Notes under the pieces: model-generated
The model's input: only the letters and a program-made list of their open reading frames with translations
Told to the model about the DNA's origin: nothing
Database searches by the model: none
In this document: piece by piece, positions 10,564-19,416 of the stretch
Layout of the letters: each line of letters begins with the position of its first letter
How positions within the stretch are numbered: the first letter of the stretch is position 1
Translations under genes and position numbers: made by a program
IMG/VR virus record: IMGVR_UViG_3300032053_000032
Span: 21,028 to 85,027 of that record
DNA length: 64,000 nt
From: a virus
Strand: one strand, 5' to 3'

Positions 10564-11984
10564 ACTTCGTCTCCGGAACGCCTGGCCCCCCCGGACCACC
10601 CGGCGCGTCGGATGCCTCGATCCTGACGACCGGTGGGATGCTCTATGGATCAGCACCGTCTGTCGCAGCGAACCTGCCGATCGGCACCGGTGTGCTGTCC
10701 GTGTCTGGTGGACTGCCAGCCTGGAGCAACAACCCAACGCTGTCGATGCCCGCGCTCGCGGCAACTATCGTTGCCGGACTGACACTCCTCAACCCAACTG
10801 CTGCTATTTCTGGCACCCAGCAGAACAGCCCGGCTGTCGTCATGACAGGTCAAGGGTTTGGCACCGTTGGTGGGTCTAAGAGCGTCGCGTGGGCTATGTA
10901 TGTACAACCCACACAAGGAACCTCGCCAGACGGCACGCTGACGTACGCTTTCTCTCTAAATGGTGGCGCTTACGCTACTCGTCTAGCCCTGTTTGGGTCA
11001 GGGCTCATGTCGGTCGGGAACATCTCTTTCGACGGCGTGCCAGGCAACATCTCGACGAACAACATCTATCTGAATAGCTTCATAATCGCCGGGATCAGCC
11101 AACTCAACTTCCTGAGTAACCTTGGCGCGACAACTGGTTCTGGTCACGTCTTCACCAACGCGAACGTGATGGCTCCATCGACGAGTATCAACCAATCAGC
11201 GTTCGTGATTGGCGCTGACGGGGTTGGCGTTCCGCTCAGTTGGGCCCCGACGGGTGGTGCTCCGAACTTCGTTGGACTGCACGTGAACCCCGAGATCAAT
11301 GGGACGTCTACTGGCAAGGGTGTTGTCGCCGCGATTGTAGCCAAGACCGCCACGCTCGCGGGTGGCACGGTCATCGTTCTCGACGTCGGAACCTCTCCGA
11401 CCGACTACTTCGACGCCGGGTATGTCTCGCGACTTAAGGTTGACAAGCTTGGCACGACGAGCATCGCCACCAATACAACATCTGCGGTCGGGTACGCGCT
11501 GGGCATCACGCACTCAAACACCGGCGGTGCGCCAGCCCTCAACATCAACAACACGGTTGGTACGACTTCCATCGCCATCACGCCAGGCGGTGGGCGAGCC
11601 ATCGACATTCAGCAGAACAGCACCGCGGCGACCGGCATCAACATCCAGGACAACGCGAGCCCGAACGGCAACAACATGCTCACGCTCACACGCAGCGGAG
11701 CAACGTCCTCGGGCCACGTCATCAGCATCACCAACGCTGGTACGGGCGACGCGCTTCACGGCGTGGGTGCTCTCACCATCGATGGTACGACCACCCTCTC
11801 CATCGGGCCAGCTTCAGCTACCGATGTGAGTGTGAGCCGTGCTGCCGGTAAGATCGGCTTCTACGGTCATGCCACGGTGGCGCAACAGACCGTGCTCGGG
11901 AGCCGTGCAACTGGCGCTGCCTTGGCTGACTTTCTCACCAAGATGGCAAATACAGGGCTTATCGTCGACGGATCGACTGCTTAA
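10560..11984 (+). CDS. Fibre-like protein (short collagen-like GTPGPPGPPG start, G/T/S/N-rich)
   Basis: Composition and the C-terminal 'KIGFYG..GLIVD' fibre-tip pattern. Confidence 0.6.
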   Translation: MNFVSGTPGPPGPPGASDASILTTGGMLYGSAPSVAANLPIGTGVLSVSGGLPAWSNNPTLSMPALAATIVAGLTLLNPTAAISGTQQNSPAVVMTGQGFGTVGGSKSVAWAMYVQPTQGTSPDGTLTYAFSLNGGAYATRLALFGSGLMSVGNISFDGVPGNISTNNIYLNSFIIAGISQLNFLSNLGATTGSGHVFTNANVMAPSTSINQSAFVIGADGVGVPLSWAPTGGAPNFVGLHVNPEINGTSTGKGVVAAIVAKTATLAGGTVIVLDVGTSPTDYFDAGYVSRLKVDKLGTTSIATNTTSAVGYALGITHSNTGGAPALNINNTVGTTSIAITPGGGRAIDIQQNSTAATGINIQDNASPNGNNMLTLTRSGATSSGHVISITNAGTGDALHGVGALTIDGTTTLSIGPASATDVSVSRAAGKIGFYGHATVAQQTVLGSRATGAALADFLTKMANTGLIVDGSTA

Positions 11985-11994
11985 GGAGCGCATT

Positions 11995-12249
11995 GTGCCC
12001 ATTTCTCAGCCCCCACTTGTACAACCAGATGTTCAGTCTGGGATGCTCAGCTTCTACCGAGACAACGACGGCGGCGACTGCACCTCCATGGCGCCGGGTG
12101 GCAACTGTAACGGTGTGCCCGGCCTCGATGCGGAGCTAGCCACGCTGGTCGCCGACGGTGACATCACCAGCCAGGAAGCAGTCACGCTCGTGAGTCTGCA
12201 CACCAAGGTGCGTACAGCGCTGAGGTTGCGCGCTGACCTTCAGCCGTAG
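11995..12249 (+). CDS. Hypothetical protein (possible fibre chaperone)
   Basis: AAGGAG RBS, GTG at 11995. Confidence 0.45.
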   Translation: MPISQPPLVQPDVQSGMLSFYRDNDGGDCTSMAPGGNCNGVPGLDAELATLVADGDITSQEAVTLVSLHTKVRTALRLRADLQP

Positions 12250-12287
12250 TGGGCGCAAGCAGAATATTCAAGAGACACAGGAAGCCA

Positions 12288-12689
12288 ATGCAGATCTACA
12301 TCAAAGTTCCAGATCCGATCACCTTGCTCAACCTGGAGACGGGTGGGCCTATCCTCTCCGACGAGAAGAAGGAGACTCCCGAGGAGCCCTGGGACATCTC
12401 GCACTTCTTCGTGCGCTACATCTTCTCGGATCCGCTCGTCAGTGAGGGGCGCTCACCGCGCGCGGCGGGGCAGTTCATCACGCGTGTCCGGGCCGCGCTG
12501 AAGGCCATCAAGGATGGCGTCCTACTCCTCGACGAGCCGGACCGGCTTCTGGTCAAGCAGATCCTGAATCAGGAACGCCCGAAGGAGCTGGAGAAGAGGG
12601 TTGGCCCGATGCTCATCATGCACCCGATGATCACGAGTCAGCTCGAATCTTTCATCTGCGCGATCGAAGAGGGCACACCCTCTCCTTAG
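12288..12689 (+). CDS. Hypothetical protein (possible fibre chaperone)
   Basis: ATG 12288 after AGGA; GC3-rich codons. Confidence 0.5.
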   Translation: MQIYIKVPDPITLLNLETGGPILSDEKKETPEEPWDISHFFVRYIFSDPLVSEGRSPRAAGQFITRVRAALKAIKDGVLLLDEPDRLLVKQILNQERPKELEKRVGPMLIMHPMITSQLESFICAIEEGTPSP

Positions 12690-12700
12690 GAGGAGATCTT

Positions 12701-14344
12701 ATGGCCCGTTGCCGCGTCAGAAACCTTACCGGACTGCCCATCACGCTCCCCGCGCCGTACGGCAGGCTCCTTCACGCTGGTCAAGCTGTAGTTGTGGCTG
12801 ATTCGCGTGATATCGTCGTCGCAAAGCTAGGTGGTAACGCGGTCGTCTCCGGGCTGCTCGATATCCTCGACGTGGAAGACGGGCAGGTCTTCGACCTTCC
12901 GTCTGGTGGTACGGCTGGATTCTCATCAGCCTCTGTTGGAAAGTCGATCGACATCTATCTGAGCCCTCTCGGTTCGGCTCTTGGCAGCGGCACCAAGCTT
13001 TCCCCGATGTCCTCACCGGATGACGTGCTCGCGGTGTTTCCGGTATTCAGCTTCGGCAGCGGTCGGACGAAGGTCCATTATGCCGACTCGTTGGGCAGAT
13101 GGGACGACGACCTGAACTACGACGGCCTTGGTGGACAAGCGACGTACACCGCCTCGGCGCTCTGGGTATGGTCGAACGAAAGCCAGCGCACGGCGTACAT
13201 GCATCGCGGCCCGCAGATGGTGCGTGCCACTGTCGCTGGTGGGAACAACTTTATCGATGCTGCCAACGTCAAAACGCTCTCGACGCCTGCCGTCTCGGCG
13301 AAGACCAGGGTCACCCTGGGCACGAGTCCTGGATGGACGGTGAACGACCTTCAGAGGAAGTTCGCTCGGTTCGTCAACACCGTATCTGGAAAGCTCGTGA
13401 TCTGGGAGATGCCAATCACGACGAATACGGCGAATTCATTCGACATGGACAACACGTCCATCAACGCTGGACTCACGGCAGATCTTGCCAACATGACGAT
13501 CGAGATCGTTGTGCCTGGCGCGATTATCGCTGCTCCTGTTGGAGGTCAGATCACCCTCAAAGGCCTCGACTGTTCTCTGCACAGTTCGATCTTGGCAGAG
13601 GAGGGATGCGCCCTGGAGCGTCTCGCCTTCAATTCCTCCACGCAGGTCATGGACTCGGGGTGCGCAGTGGACCGCTGCACGTTCAACGCAAGCGGGCGCT
13701 TCGTCGGCTTCAACTGGGGCTTCGTCAACTGTATCTTCGGTGCTCGTCAGGCGTTTCTTGCTGGTGCAACTGGTCAAGGTGTAGCCATCGCAAGACCAGA
13801 CTCCACCACCAGCCCGGAAGTGCAGACCACGACCAGTTGTGTGGAGATCATCTCCTACGGGGCGGTATTTCTCGGTGGAAGTGCGTCTACCGCTGGCAAG
13901 GGCTCTCCGTTCGCCTATAAGGCGATGAGAAATTTCAGCATCTACAACGCCAATTCTAGCGTGATCGTCGCGTTCGCTAATTCGATCTGGCAGACCGACA
14001 ACGTCCACACGTATACGACCAGCGTGATCGCGATCCAGGGGTCTGGGAACACCGCCCAAACAGGGTTCCAGACGAACGACAATGGGATGATATTCTTCGA
14101 CTCGCCAGCTACCTTCCCGAACGAGATCAGCATCACGCCTTCCATCTCTGGATGGGCGTTCGTCACGCCGGAACTCGCCGCGACCCCGAACGGGATCGCT
14201 GCCGGCGTGGGGGTAGGGAACTTCGAGGAAGTGGCTGGCTACAACGGCTTCTACACCCACCGCCAGAGCGGAACGGCCACGGCACCTCTCGGCGGATCTG
14301 GCATCGTCGCCACCCACCAGCGTGGCTTCGGGCTGGGAAACTAG
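12701..14344 (+). CDS. Tailspike/receptor-binding-like protein, paralog 1
   Basis: AGGAGGAG RBS; colinear similarity to 15458-17146; beta-helix-like composition. Confidence 0.6.
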   Translation: MARCRVRNLTGLPITLPAPYGRLLHAGQAVVVADSRDIVVAKLGGNAVVSGLLDILDVEDGQVFDLPSGGTAGFSSASVGKSIDIYLSPLGSALGSGTKLSPMSSPDDVLAVFPVFSFGSGRTKVHYADSLGRWDDDLNYDGLGGQATYTASALWVWSNESQRTAYMHRGPQMVRATVAGGNNFIDAANVKTLSTPAVSAKTRVTLGTSPGWTVNDLQRKFARFVNTVSGKLVIWEMPITTNTANSFDMDNTSINAGLTADLANMTIEIVVPGAIIAAPVGGQITLKGLDCSLHSSILAEEGCALERLAFNSSTQVMDSGCAVDRCTFNASGRFVGFNWGFVNCIFGARQAFLAGATGQGVAIARPDSTTSPEVQTTTSCVEIISYGAVFLGGSASTAGKGSPFAYKAMRNFSIYNANSSVIVAFANSIWQTDNVHTYTTSVIAIQGSGNTAQTGFQTNDNGMIFFDSPATFPNEISITPSISGWAFVTPELAATPNGIAAGVGVGNFEEVAGYNGFYTHRQSGTATAPLGGSGIVATHQRGFGLGN

Positions 14345-14352
14345 GAGATCAG

Positions 14353-14655
14353 ATGGAACTGCGAGAGTACAACACGTTCGATGTGGAGAAGTTCAAGCGC
14401 GAGTCGACAGACCTGCCACCGGCTATCGCGGCGCTGATCCCTCTGTACGAGCGGCACATTCAGATCCTGCCAGAGCATCACCGAGCGGTCGTGGAGGTCA
14501 GGCCGGGCTTCTGGGACGTCTCATGCGACGATTGCTGCATGGTCATCGAGCACTTCGCGCCATACGTGAAGGCGTCCGAGCCGGAGATCACGATCATCAT
14601 GCCAGCGCCAGAAGCCTCGCACGAAGCAGAGACGCCGGAACCAGAGGTAGCCTAG
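14353..14655 (+). CDS. Hypothetical protein
   Basis: AGGAG RBS, ATG 14353. Confidence 0.5.
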   Translation: MELREYNTFDVEKFKRESTDLPPAIAALIPLYERHIQILPEHHRAVVEVRPGFWDVSCDDCCMVIEHFAPYVKASEPEITIIMPAPEASHEAETPEPEVA

Positions 14656-14658
14656 CCA

Positions 14659-15057
14659 GTGCAGGTTCTGCATCTTACCGGGATAGTTGAAGACGGGTCG
14701 AGGAGGTCTTCGACTATCCCAGCAGACATGCGCAAAGTTGTACATGCAACGCGCGGCGCGAGCTTGTCCATCTTTGTGCAGGTACTCCTGCCATCTGGCG
14801 CCGCACCTGATCAGGCTGGCGCAACGCTTGTCCTCTCCGTGCAGCGCGTACCTTGGCCGAATGCCCCAGCTATTCAGGTTGCCGGAGTACTACAGCCGGA
14901 CGGTACTTACCTCTGCGCGATCACGCCTGCCATGACGCGCGATCTGGCGGTAGGGCGCTACCTCTACGATGTCTGGTACCTTCAGGGAGCGGACCGCAAC
15001 CAGGTCGTTCCCGTCAGCGCGTTCTTTATCGCCCCGACCGTCACCCCCGTACCCTGA
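14659..15057 (+). CDS. Putative structural Ig-like (BppU-N-like) protein
   Basis: 'ITPAMTRDLAVGRYLYDV..F.I.PTVT' pattern common in phage adaptor proteins. Confidence 0.5.
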   Translation: MQVLHLTGIVEDGSRRSSTIPADMRKVVHATRGASLSIFVQVLLPSGAAPDQAGATLVLSVQRVPWPNAPAIQVAGVLQPDGTYLCAITPAMTRDLAVGRYLYDVWYLQGADRNQVVPVSAFFIAPTVTPVP

Positions 15058-15067
15058 AGGAGCCGGC

Positions 15068-15451
15068 ATGTCGATCACCGCAGGCGAGATGGCCGAGCTG
15101 TTCGTGGCTGGCGCCGCCGCCGCGGCGGCCTTTATCGGGATCGGGAAGATGATCTTTGGTGGTGAGAGCACCGCGAAAGCTCTTGCCGAACTGAAAACGG
15201 AGCGCACCGTCAAGGACGAGATCGCCAAGAAGGAGGTGCACGACACCATGGCAACTCACGAAAAGTCGGACGAAAAGTTCCACGCCGAGATCAACAAGAA
15301 GCTCGACGTCGTGATGGAGAAGCTCGACATCCTCCTCAACAAGCAGCACGAGGGTGATGTTCGGCTTGCTCGTGTCGAGACGGAGCTGGACATCAGGCGT
15401 CCGACGCCGATCGAGGGCGTTCCGGCTATCCGTGACGGCGGGAAAGGTTAG
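15068..15451 (+). CDS. Single-TM coiled-coil protein (lysis accessory candidate)
   Basis: AAGGAG RBS; N-terminal hydrophobic helix followed by a heptad-rich charged region. Confidence 0.5.
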   Translation: MSITAGEMAELFVAGAAAAAAFIGIGKMIFGGESTAKALAELKTERTVKDEIAKKEVHDTMATHEKSDEKFHAEINKKLDVVMEKLDILLNKQHEGDVRLARVETELDIRRPTPIEGVPAIRDGGKG

Positions 15452-15457
15452 GCTACT

Positions 15458-17146
15458 ATGGCTCGTTGCCGTGTACGTAACATTACAGGACTGCCCATCA
15501 CGCTCCCCTCTCCGTATGGAATGTTGCTACATGCTGGGCAAGCGATCATCATCGCAGATCAGTCTGCGACGGTTATTTCCAAGATCGGTGGTGCGCTCGC
15601 GGTAGCTGGATTACTGGATATCGCAGATGTTGAAAATGGGCAGCTATTCGACGTAGCCTCTATCGGCGTGCTTCAGGGAACGCCTGCGGTTGGCATCCCA
15701 CCGATCGACGTCTTTATCTCGGCTGCGACTGGAAGTGATACCAACCCCGGAACGCAACTGGCTCCATTTGCCACGATCGACCACTTCTACGCGACCTACC
15801 CGTCTATGTTTTTCGGCGGCGGTCAGATCAACTTGTGGATCGCCGACTCAGAAGGCAACTTCTCCAGCTCGCCGGTGTATAGCCAGACCGCAAAACAGCA
15901 GGTTCATATATGCCAGGCCGTCCTAGTCAAGAACATGGGGGCTGGGATATTCGACCCCAGCCCCTCCATCTGCTACCGCGGCCCGCACATGGTCTTGGCG
16001 ACGCTCACCACGGGGTCACCAGCCGGGGCCGTGATCTCGTCCACCTCCATCCCCGCCCTGACAAAGAAGACGCGCGTCACGTTCACCCCGGACCCTGGGT
16101 GGACGGCGAACGAGTTCAAGCCGGCCAGAGACTCGGGCTCGCAAAAGTTCGCCCGGTTTCGCAACGGCACCAACCTCGTCGTTTACGAGGCGCCGATCAG
16201 CTCGAACACCTCCAACACGCTGGACATCGACTTCGACGACCTGAAGGCTGTCCTCGACCCGCTCATCGGTGCTGTATCAACCGAGATCGTTGTTCCAGGT
16301 GCGCTCATTCAGGGAGTCCCGAATGCAGGCAACGTCTGCAATATCATTGGTGACGTCGCTGGTGGGCGCACGTGGCCTGGATTTGCTGGCGTGAGCACTT
16401 TTGAACGCCTTGCATTCAACGTCGGCACCGTCTCTGCCGGGGCTACCTTCGACCGCTGCGTGCTGACAGGTGGAAATCCGCACACCGGAAATCGCGAGAC
16501 GCTGGCGTGCTGGGGCATCGGGGTATCTTTCGTCAACTCGTCTTGTACATTCGGGATGAACTTCCTCGGTAAGACGAGCCTGTACTACGCGATCCCACGC
16601 CCAGACTCCGCGCTGAGCCCCGCTAACCAGCCGACTACCACGGCGCTCGCGATGGAGCTGATTCTCCATAACATGGGGCTCAACATCGGGCTGGACCCGA
16701 ATGGATCTGTCATCGGCGGGCAGTACAAGGCATGGCGCAACATCTCCGTCTACCAGTGGAGCGCAACTAACTTTAACGTCGGAAACACCGATGGTGGGAT
16801 CGTTGTTTCAGGGCCTGGATCTTCGTTTCAGTCACGGCTCACCACAGCGGCGGGTATAAAAGTCGCGATTCAGGGTACGTCGAGTATCGGTGTGTACGGA
16901 CTCTGGGCAAAAGGTGGTGCTCTCATCTCTATCGACAGCCCGAACGCTAACGCTGGTTTGATCACCATCGCTGGGACCAGCGGTGCACTGGCAGTCGATA
17001 CAGGCGCACCTGTCGCTTACGGCGTGGCGGCTGGAAACTTCGAGGAAGTCATTGGCTGGAACGGTAACTTCACTCGAATGTTGGAAGGGACCGCGACACA
17101 TCCTACTGGAACACCATCTCGGATTTCAACGCTCGCTTTGCAATAG
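15458..17146 (+). CDS. Tailspike/receptor-binding-like protein, paralog 2
   Basis: 'DVFISAATGSDTNPGTQLAPFATI' (DUF1565/beta-helix cap-like); paralog of 12701. Confidence 0.65.
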   Translation: MARCRVRNITGLPITLPSPYGMLLHAGQAIIIADQSATVISKIGGALAVAGLLDIADVENGQLFDVASIGVLQGTPAVGIPPIDVFISAATGSDTNPGTQLAPFATIDHFYATYPSMFFGGGQINLWIADSEGNFSSSPVYSQTAKQQVHICQAVLVKNMGAGIFDPSPSICYRGPHMVLATLTTGSPAGAVISSTSIPALTKKTRVTFTPDPGWTANEFKPARDSGSQKFARFRNGTNLVVYEAPISSNTSNTLDIDFDDLKAVLDPLIGAVSTEIVVPGALIQGVPNAGNVCNIIGDVAGGRTWPGFAGVSTFERLAFNVGTVSAGATFDRCVLTGGNPHTGNRETLACWGIGVSFVNSSCTFGMNFLGKTSLYYAIPRPDSALSPANQPTTTALAMELILHNMGLNIGLDPNGSVIGGQYKAWRNISVYQWSATNFNVGNTDGGIVVSGPGSSFQSRLTTAAGIKVAIQGTSSIGVYGLWAKGGALISIDSPNANAGLITIAGTSGALAVDTGAPVAYGVAAGNFEEVIGWNGNFTRMLEGTATHPTGTPSRISTLALQ

Positions 17147-17164
17147 CATGCTACCCTCACGGGC

Positions 17165-17635
17165 ATGGGTATCCTCACCGTGAGCACCGTCTGTGGCACC
17201 ATCCTGGTCATTCTCGGCCTCATCTACAAGTTCCTCGCCCCGCTCGTCAAGAGCCCGGTCATCGCCGGGATCCTGTCACGCGCGAAGGATGAGGTTTTCG
17301 CCGCTGTTCACGAGGTGGATGCTGGGTACGTTGACGCGATCAAGCTCGCTTCCGCCGACGGCACCCTGACTGCGGCCGAGAAGGCTGTTGCAAAGGACAA
17401 GGCCATCGCCATCGCCAAGAGCAACATCGGCATGAAGGGCCTCGCGACGCTGAGCAGGATCGCCGGGATCGAGTCGGTTGAGAAGTGGATCGCCTCGTGG
17501 ATCGAGCGCGGCGTGAGCACAAAGCGCCTCACCGAGCAGCACGCGGACGCAGCAACGCTGGCTGCTTCTGCTGTCGCCGGGGGTGACGCGACCGTCCCTT
17601 TCGTCAAGCCCGCGCCGAACAACTCGCCGCGGTAG
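17165..17635 (+). CDS. Holin-like protein (single N-terminal TM, LL-H-family-like), short zero-frame product
   Basis: TM at about aa 3-25; 'AAVHEV..YVDAIK..EK..A..IERGV' pattern; upstream of the endolysin. Confidence 0.6.
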   Translation: MGILTVSTVCGTILVILGLIYKFLAPLVKSPVIAGILSRAKDEVFAAVHEVDAGYVDAIKLASADGTLTAAEKAVAKDKAIAIAKSNIGMKGLATLSRIAGIESVEKWIASWIERGVSTKRLTEQHADAATLAASAVAGGDATVPFVKPAPNNSPR

Positions 17636-17660
17636 TTGCGGCGCAGTCGGTTGTCGCGGG
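17596..17660 (+). promoter_or_regulatory. Putative -1 programmed ribosomal frameshift signal (slippery heptamer plus stem-loop)
   Basis: In-frame C CCT TTC at 17596-17602; 6-nt spacer; hairpin CCCGCG/CGCGGG enclosing CCGA/TCGG and CGCCGC/GCGGCG. Confidence 0.7.
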
Positions 17661-17892
17661 GCAGCGGCTCGACCACGTCGACTCGCTTCGGGTAGGGGAA
17701 GGCCATCTCGACCTGAGCGCCTTCGCTCACGGGGACGGGATCGGTGGCACCTCGGGCGTCTCGCTCGACTATGAGCACCGCGCGACGGCTGGGCTGTCCA
17801 TGTTCGGCACCGGGTGGGCCGGTGCAAGCTACGGTGCGGGCGGGTTTGCCCCGGCGTACGGCGCGCAGGTCGGTCTTCGTCTCAAATTCTAG
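17602..17892 (+). CDS. -1 frame extension of the holin-like gene: helix plus four amphipathic beta-strands ending LRLKF
   Basis: Frame open 17587-17892 with no ATG until 17800; its TAG overlaps the endolysin RBS; not in the ORF track. Confidence 0.65.
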   Translation, partial: RQARAEQLAAVVAAQSVVAGQRLDHVDSLRVGEGHLDLSAFAHGDGIGGTSGVSLDYEHRATAGLSMFGTGWAGASYGAGGFAPAYGAQVGLRLKF

Positions 17893-17901
17893 GAGGACGT
17901 C

Positions 17902-18780
17902 ATGGGCTTGATGATCGGCGGGCACGAAGAGGAGATCCAGGGCGTCGTCATCAACTCGTGGATCAAGCACCCGGAGCTTCGCCTGGACGGCGGGGACCGA
18001 CGCCCGCGCGACCCAGCGCGAGCCCACGCCTGGCCCGTCCGCAGCATCGTCATCCACACCGTTTACGGCGACGAGCCGATCGTGCTCCTCAAGGGCAAGG
18101 GACCAGACGGTGGCGAGCCCGCCGCGTGGATCAAAGACCAGCGCGGCGACAAGACCCACGCTGGCGAGCACATGCTAGTCGGGTTTGACGGCGCGGTCGC
18201 CTGCACCTGTGACCTCCTAGGCGAGGCGAGCTACCACGCGGAGAGCATCAACGAGCTGTCGATCGGCATCGAGATCTGCACCCAGCGCGCACGGGACGTG
18301 ACAACCGGCCAACCAGTCTTCTACATGTGGCAGGCTTCGCTCGACGCCACCCTGGCAATCTGCGACTACCTGACCGCGCTCCCGCGGGCATCCGCCGGGC
18401 ACGGGCTGATCTCCGTCGCGCGCCAATACCACTCCCCGTTCCGTAACGGGTCACCCGTGCCGAGGTTCGCAGCGGGCGGATCCGACTGGACGGGCATCCT
18501 CGGACACCGCGACCAGACCTCCAAGAGAGGAGCTGGTGACCCCGGCCACCACGTCTTCGACGTGCTAGCTGCGCGCGGCTACGAGGCGTTCGACGTCATG
18601 GATGATGCTGACAAGACGGTGTGGAAGGTCCGCCAGGCGTACCTGAACGGGAAGTACGGCTCCCACCTCACCGTCGACGGCGTGCCGGGACCTGGGACGC
18701 GGGCGGTGCTGGAGCAGGCGGGGTACCGCGGGGGGCTGTGGCAGTTCCCTCCCAGCGCGACCCCGCTCCCAACGGCATGA
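17902..18780 (+). CDS. Endolysin: N-acetylmuramoyl-L-alanine amidase (Amidase_2) with C-terminal PG-binding motif
   Basis: 'IVIHT', 'YHA..IN..SIGIEI', 'ILGHRD..DPG', 'LTVDGVPGPGT'. Confidence 0.9.
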   Translation: MGLMIGGHEEEIQGVVINSWIKHPELRLDGGDRRPRDPARAHAWPVRSIVIHTVYGDEPIVLLKGKGPDGGEPAAWIKDQRGDKTHAGEHMLVGFDGAVACTCDLLGEASYHAESINELSIGIEICTQRARDVTTGQPVFYMWQASLDATLAICDYLTALPRASAGHGLISVARQYHSPFRNGSPVPRFAAGGSDWTGILGHRDQTSKRGAGDPGHHVFDVLAARGYEAFDVMDDADKTVWKVRQAYLNGKYGSHLTVDGVPGPGTRAVLEQAGYRGGLWQFPPSATPLPTA

Positions 18781-19411
18781 TCTCCAGTCTGTAGATCGCG
18801 CGCGCGGCTCCCTTCGTTTCGACCATCTCCTCCGATACCCTTCCCGTCACGATCAGCTCCTGAAGCGCACGCCGTACGGTGCGGTAAGCCATTGAGGTTT
18901 GGGTGCAAAGCTGATCGCTCGTCGCGCTGTCATCTCGCAGAGCTTGGATCACAGCGGTCTGCGACGCGGTTGCTCCATCGAGAAACAGACAGCGATCACA
19001 AGCGCGCGCGTCCTCGTGCTTCTTCTCGCCGCACGGGCAACACCGCAGCTTGCTAAGCCGACTCGTCTCTCGCATCCTGGCGGCCTTTACCGGATCACGC
19101 CGACGCTCTCGCTGTCTTGCGTTGTCCTCTTCACGAAACTTCGGATCTGAACGTCGACGCTTACCAGCCGCGCGCTGAAGCTCCTGCCATCGCTCGCGGT
19201 TCGAGTCGATCCAGCGGCGTCCGTTTGCCTTGTGGCGCTCCTTGTTGGCCTCGTACCAAGCGCGCCCTTGCGCCTTTAGGCAGTCCAAGCAGGTGTGTCG
19301 CAGGCGAATCTTGCCGCGCTGGAAGTATTCCAGGAAGAAATCCGACGTGAACGGCTTGGTTTTCTTGCAGAGGTTGCAGCGGAGTTTCTCGGGAGGAACG
19401 CGCACACGCAC
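18668..19411 (-). CDS. Zinc-finger plus HTH protein (HNH-associated-like N-terminus, no HNH core)
   Basis: CxxC..CxxC twice; C-terminal 'YRTVRRALQEL..GRV' winged helix; 3' end overlaps the endolysin antisense. Confidence 0.55.
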   Translation of the reverse strand: MRVRVPPEKLRCNLCKKTKPFTSDFFLEYFQRGKIRLRHTCLDCLKAQGRAWYEANKERHKANGRRWIDSNRERWQELQRAAGKRRRSDPKFREEDNARQRERRRDPVKAARMRETSRLSKLRCCPCGEKKHEDARACDRCLFLDGATASQTAVIQALRDDSATSDQLCTQTSMAYRTVRRALQELIVTGRVSEEMVETKGAARAIYRLEIMPLGAGSRWEGTATAPRGTPPAPAPPASQVPARRRR

Positions 19412-19416
19412 ACGCG

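Noticed and set aside
18668-19411. HNH homing endonuclease
   Set aside because: It has the typical N-terminal zinc finger but no H-N-H catalytic motif
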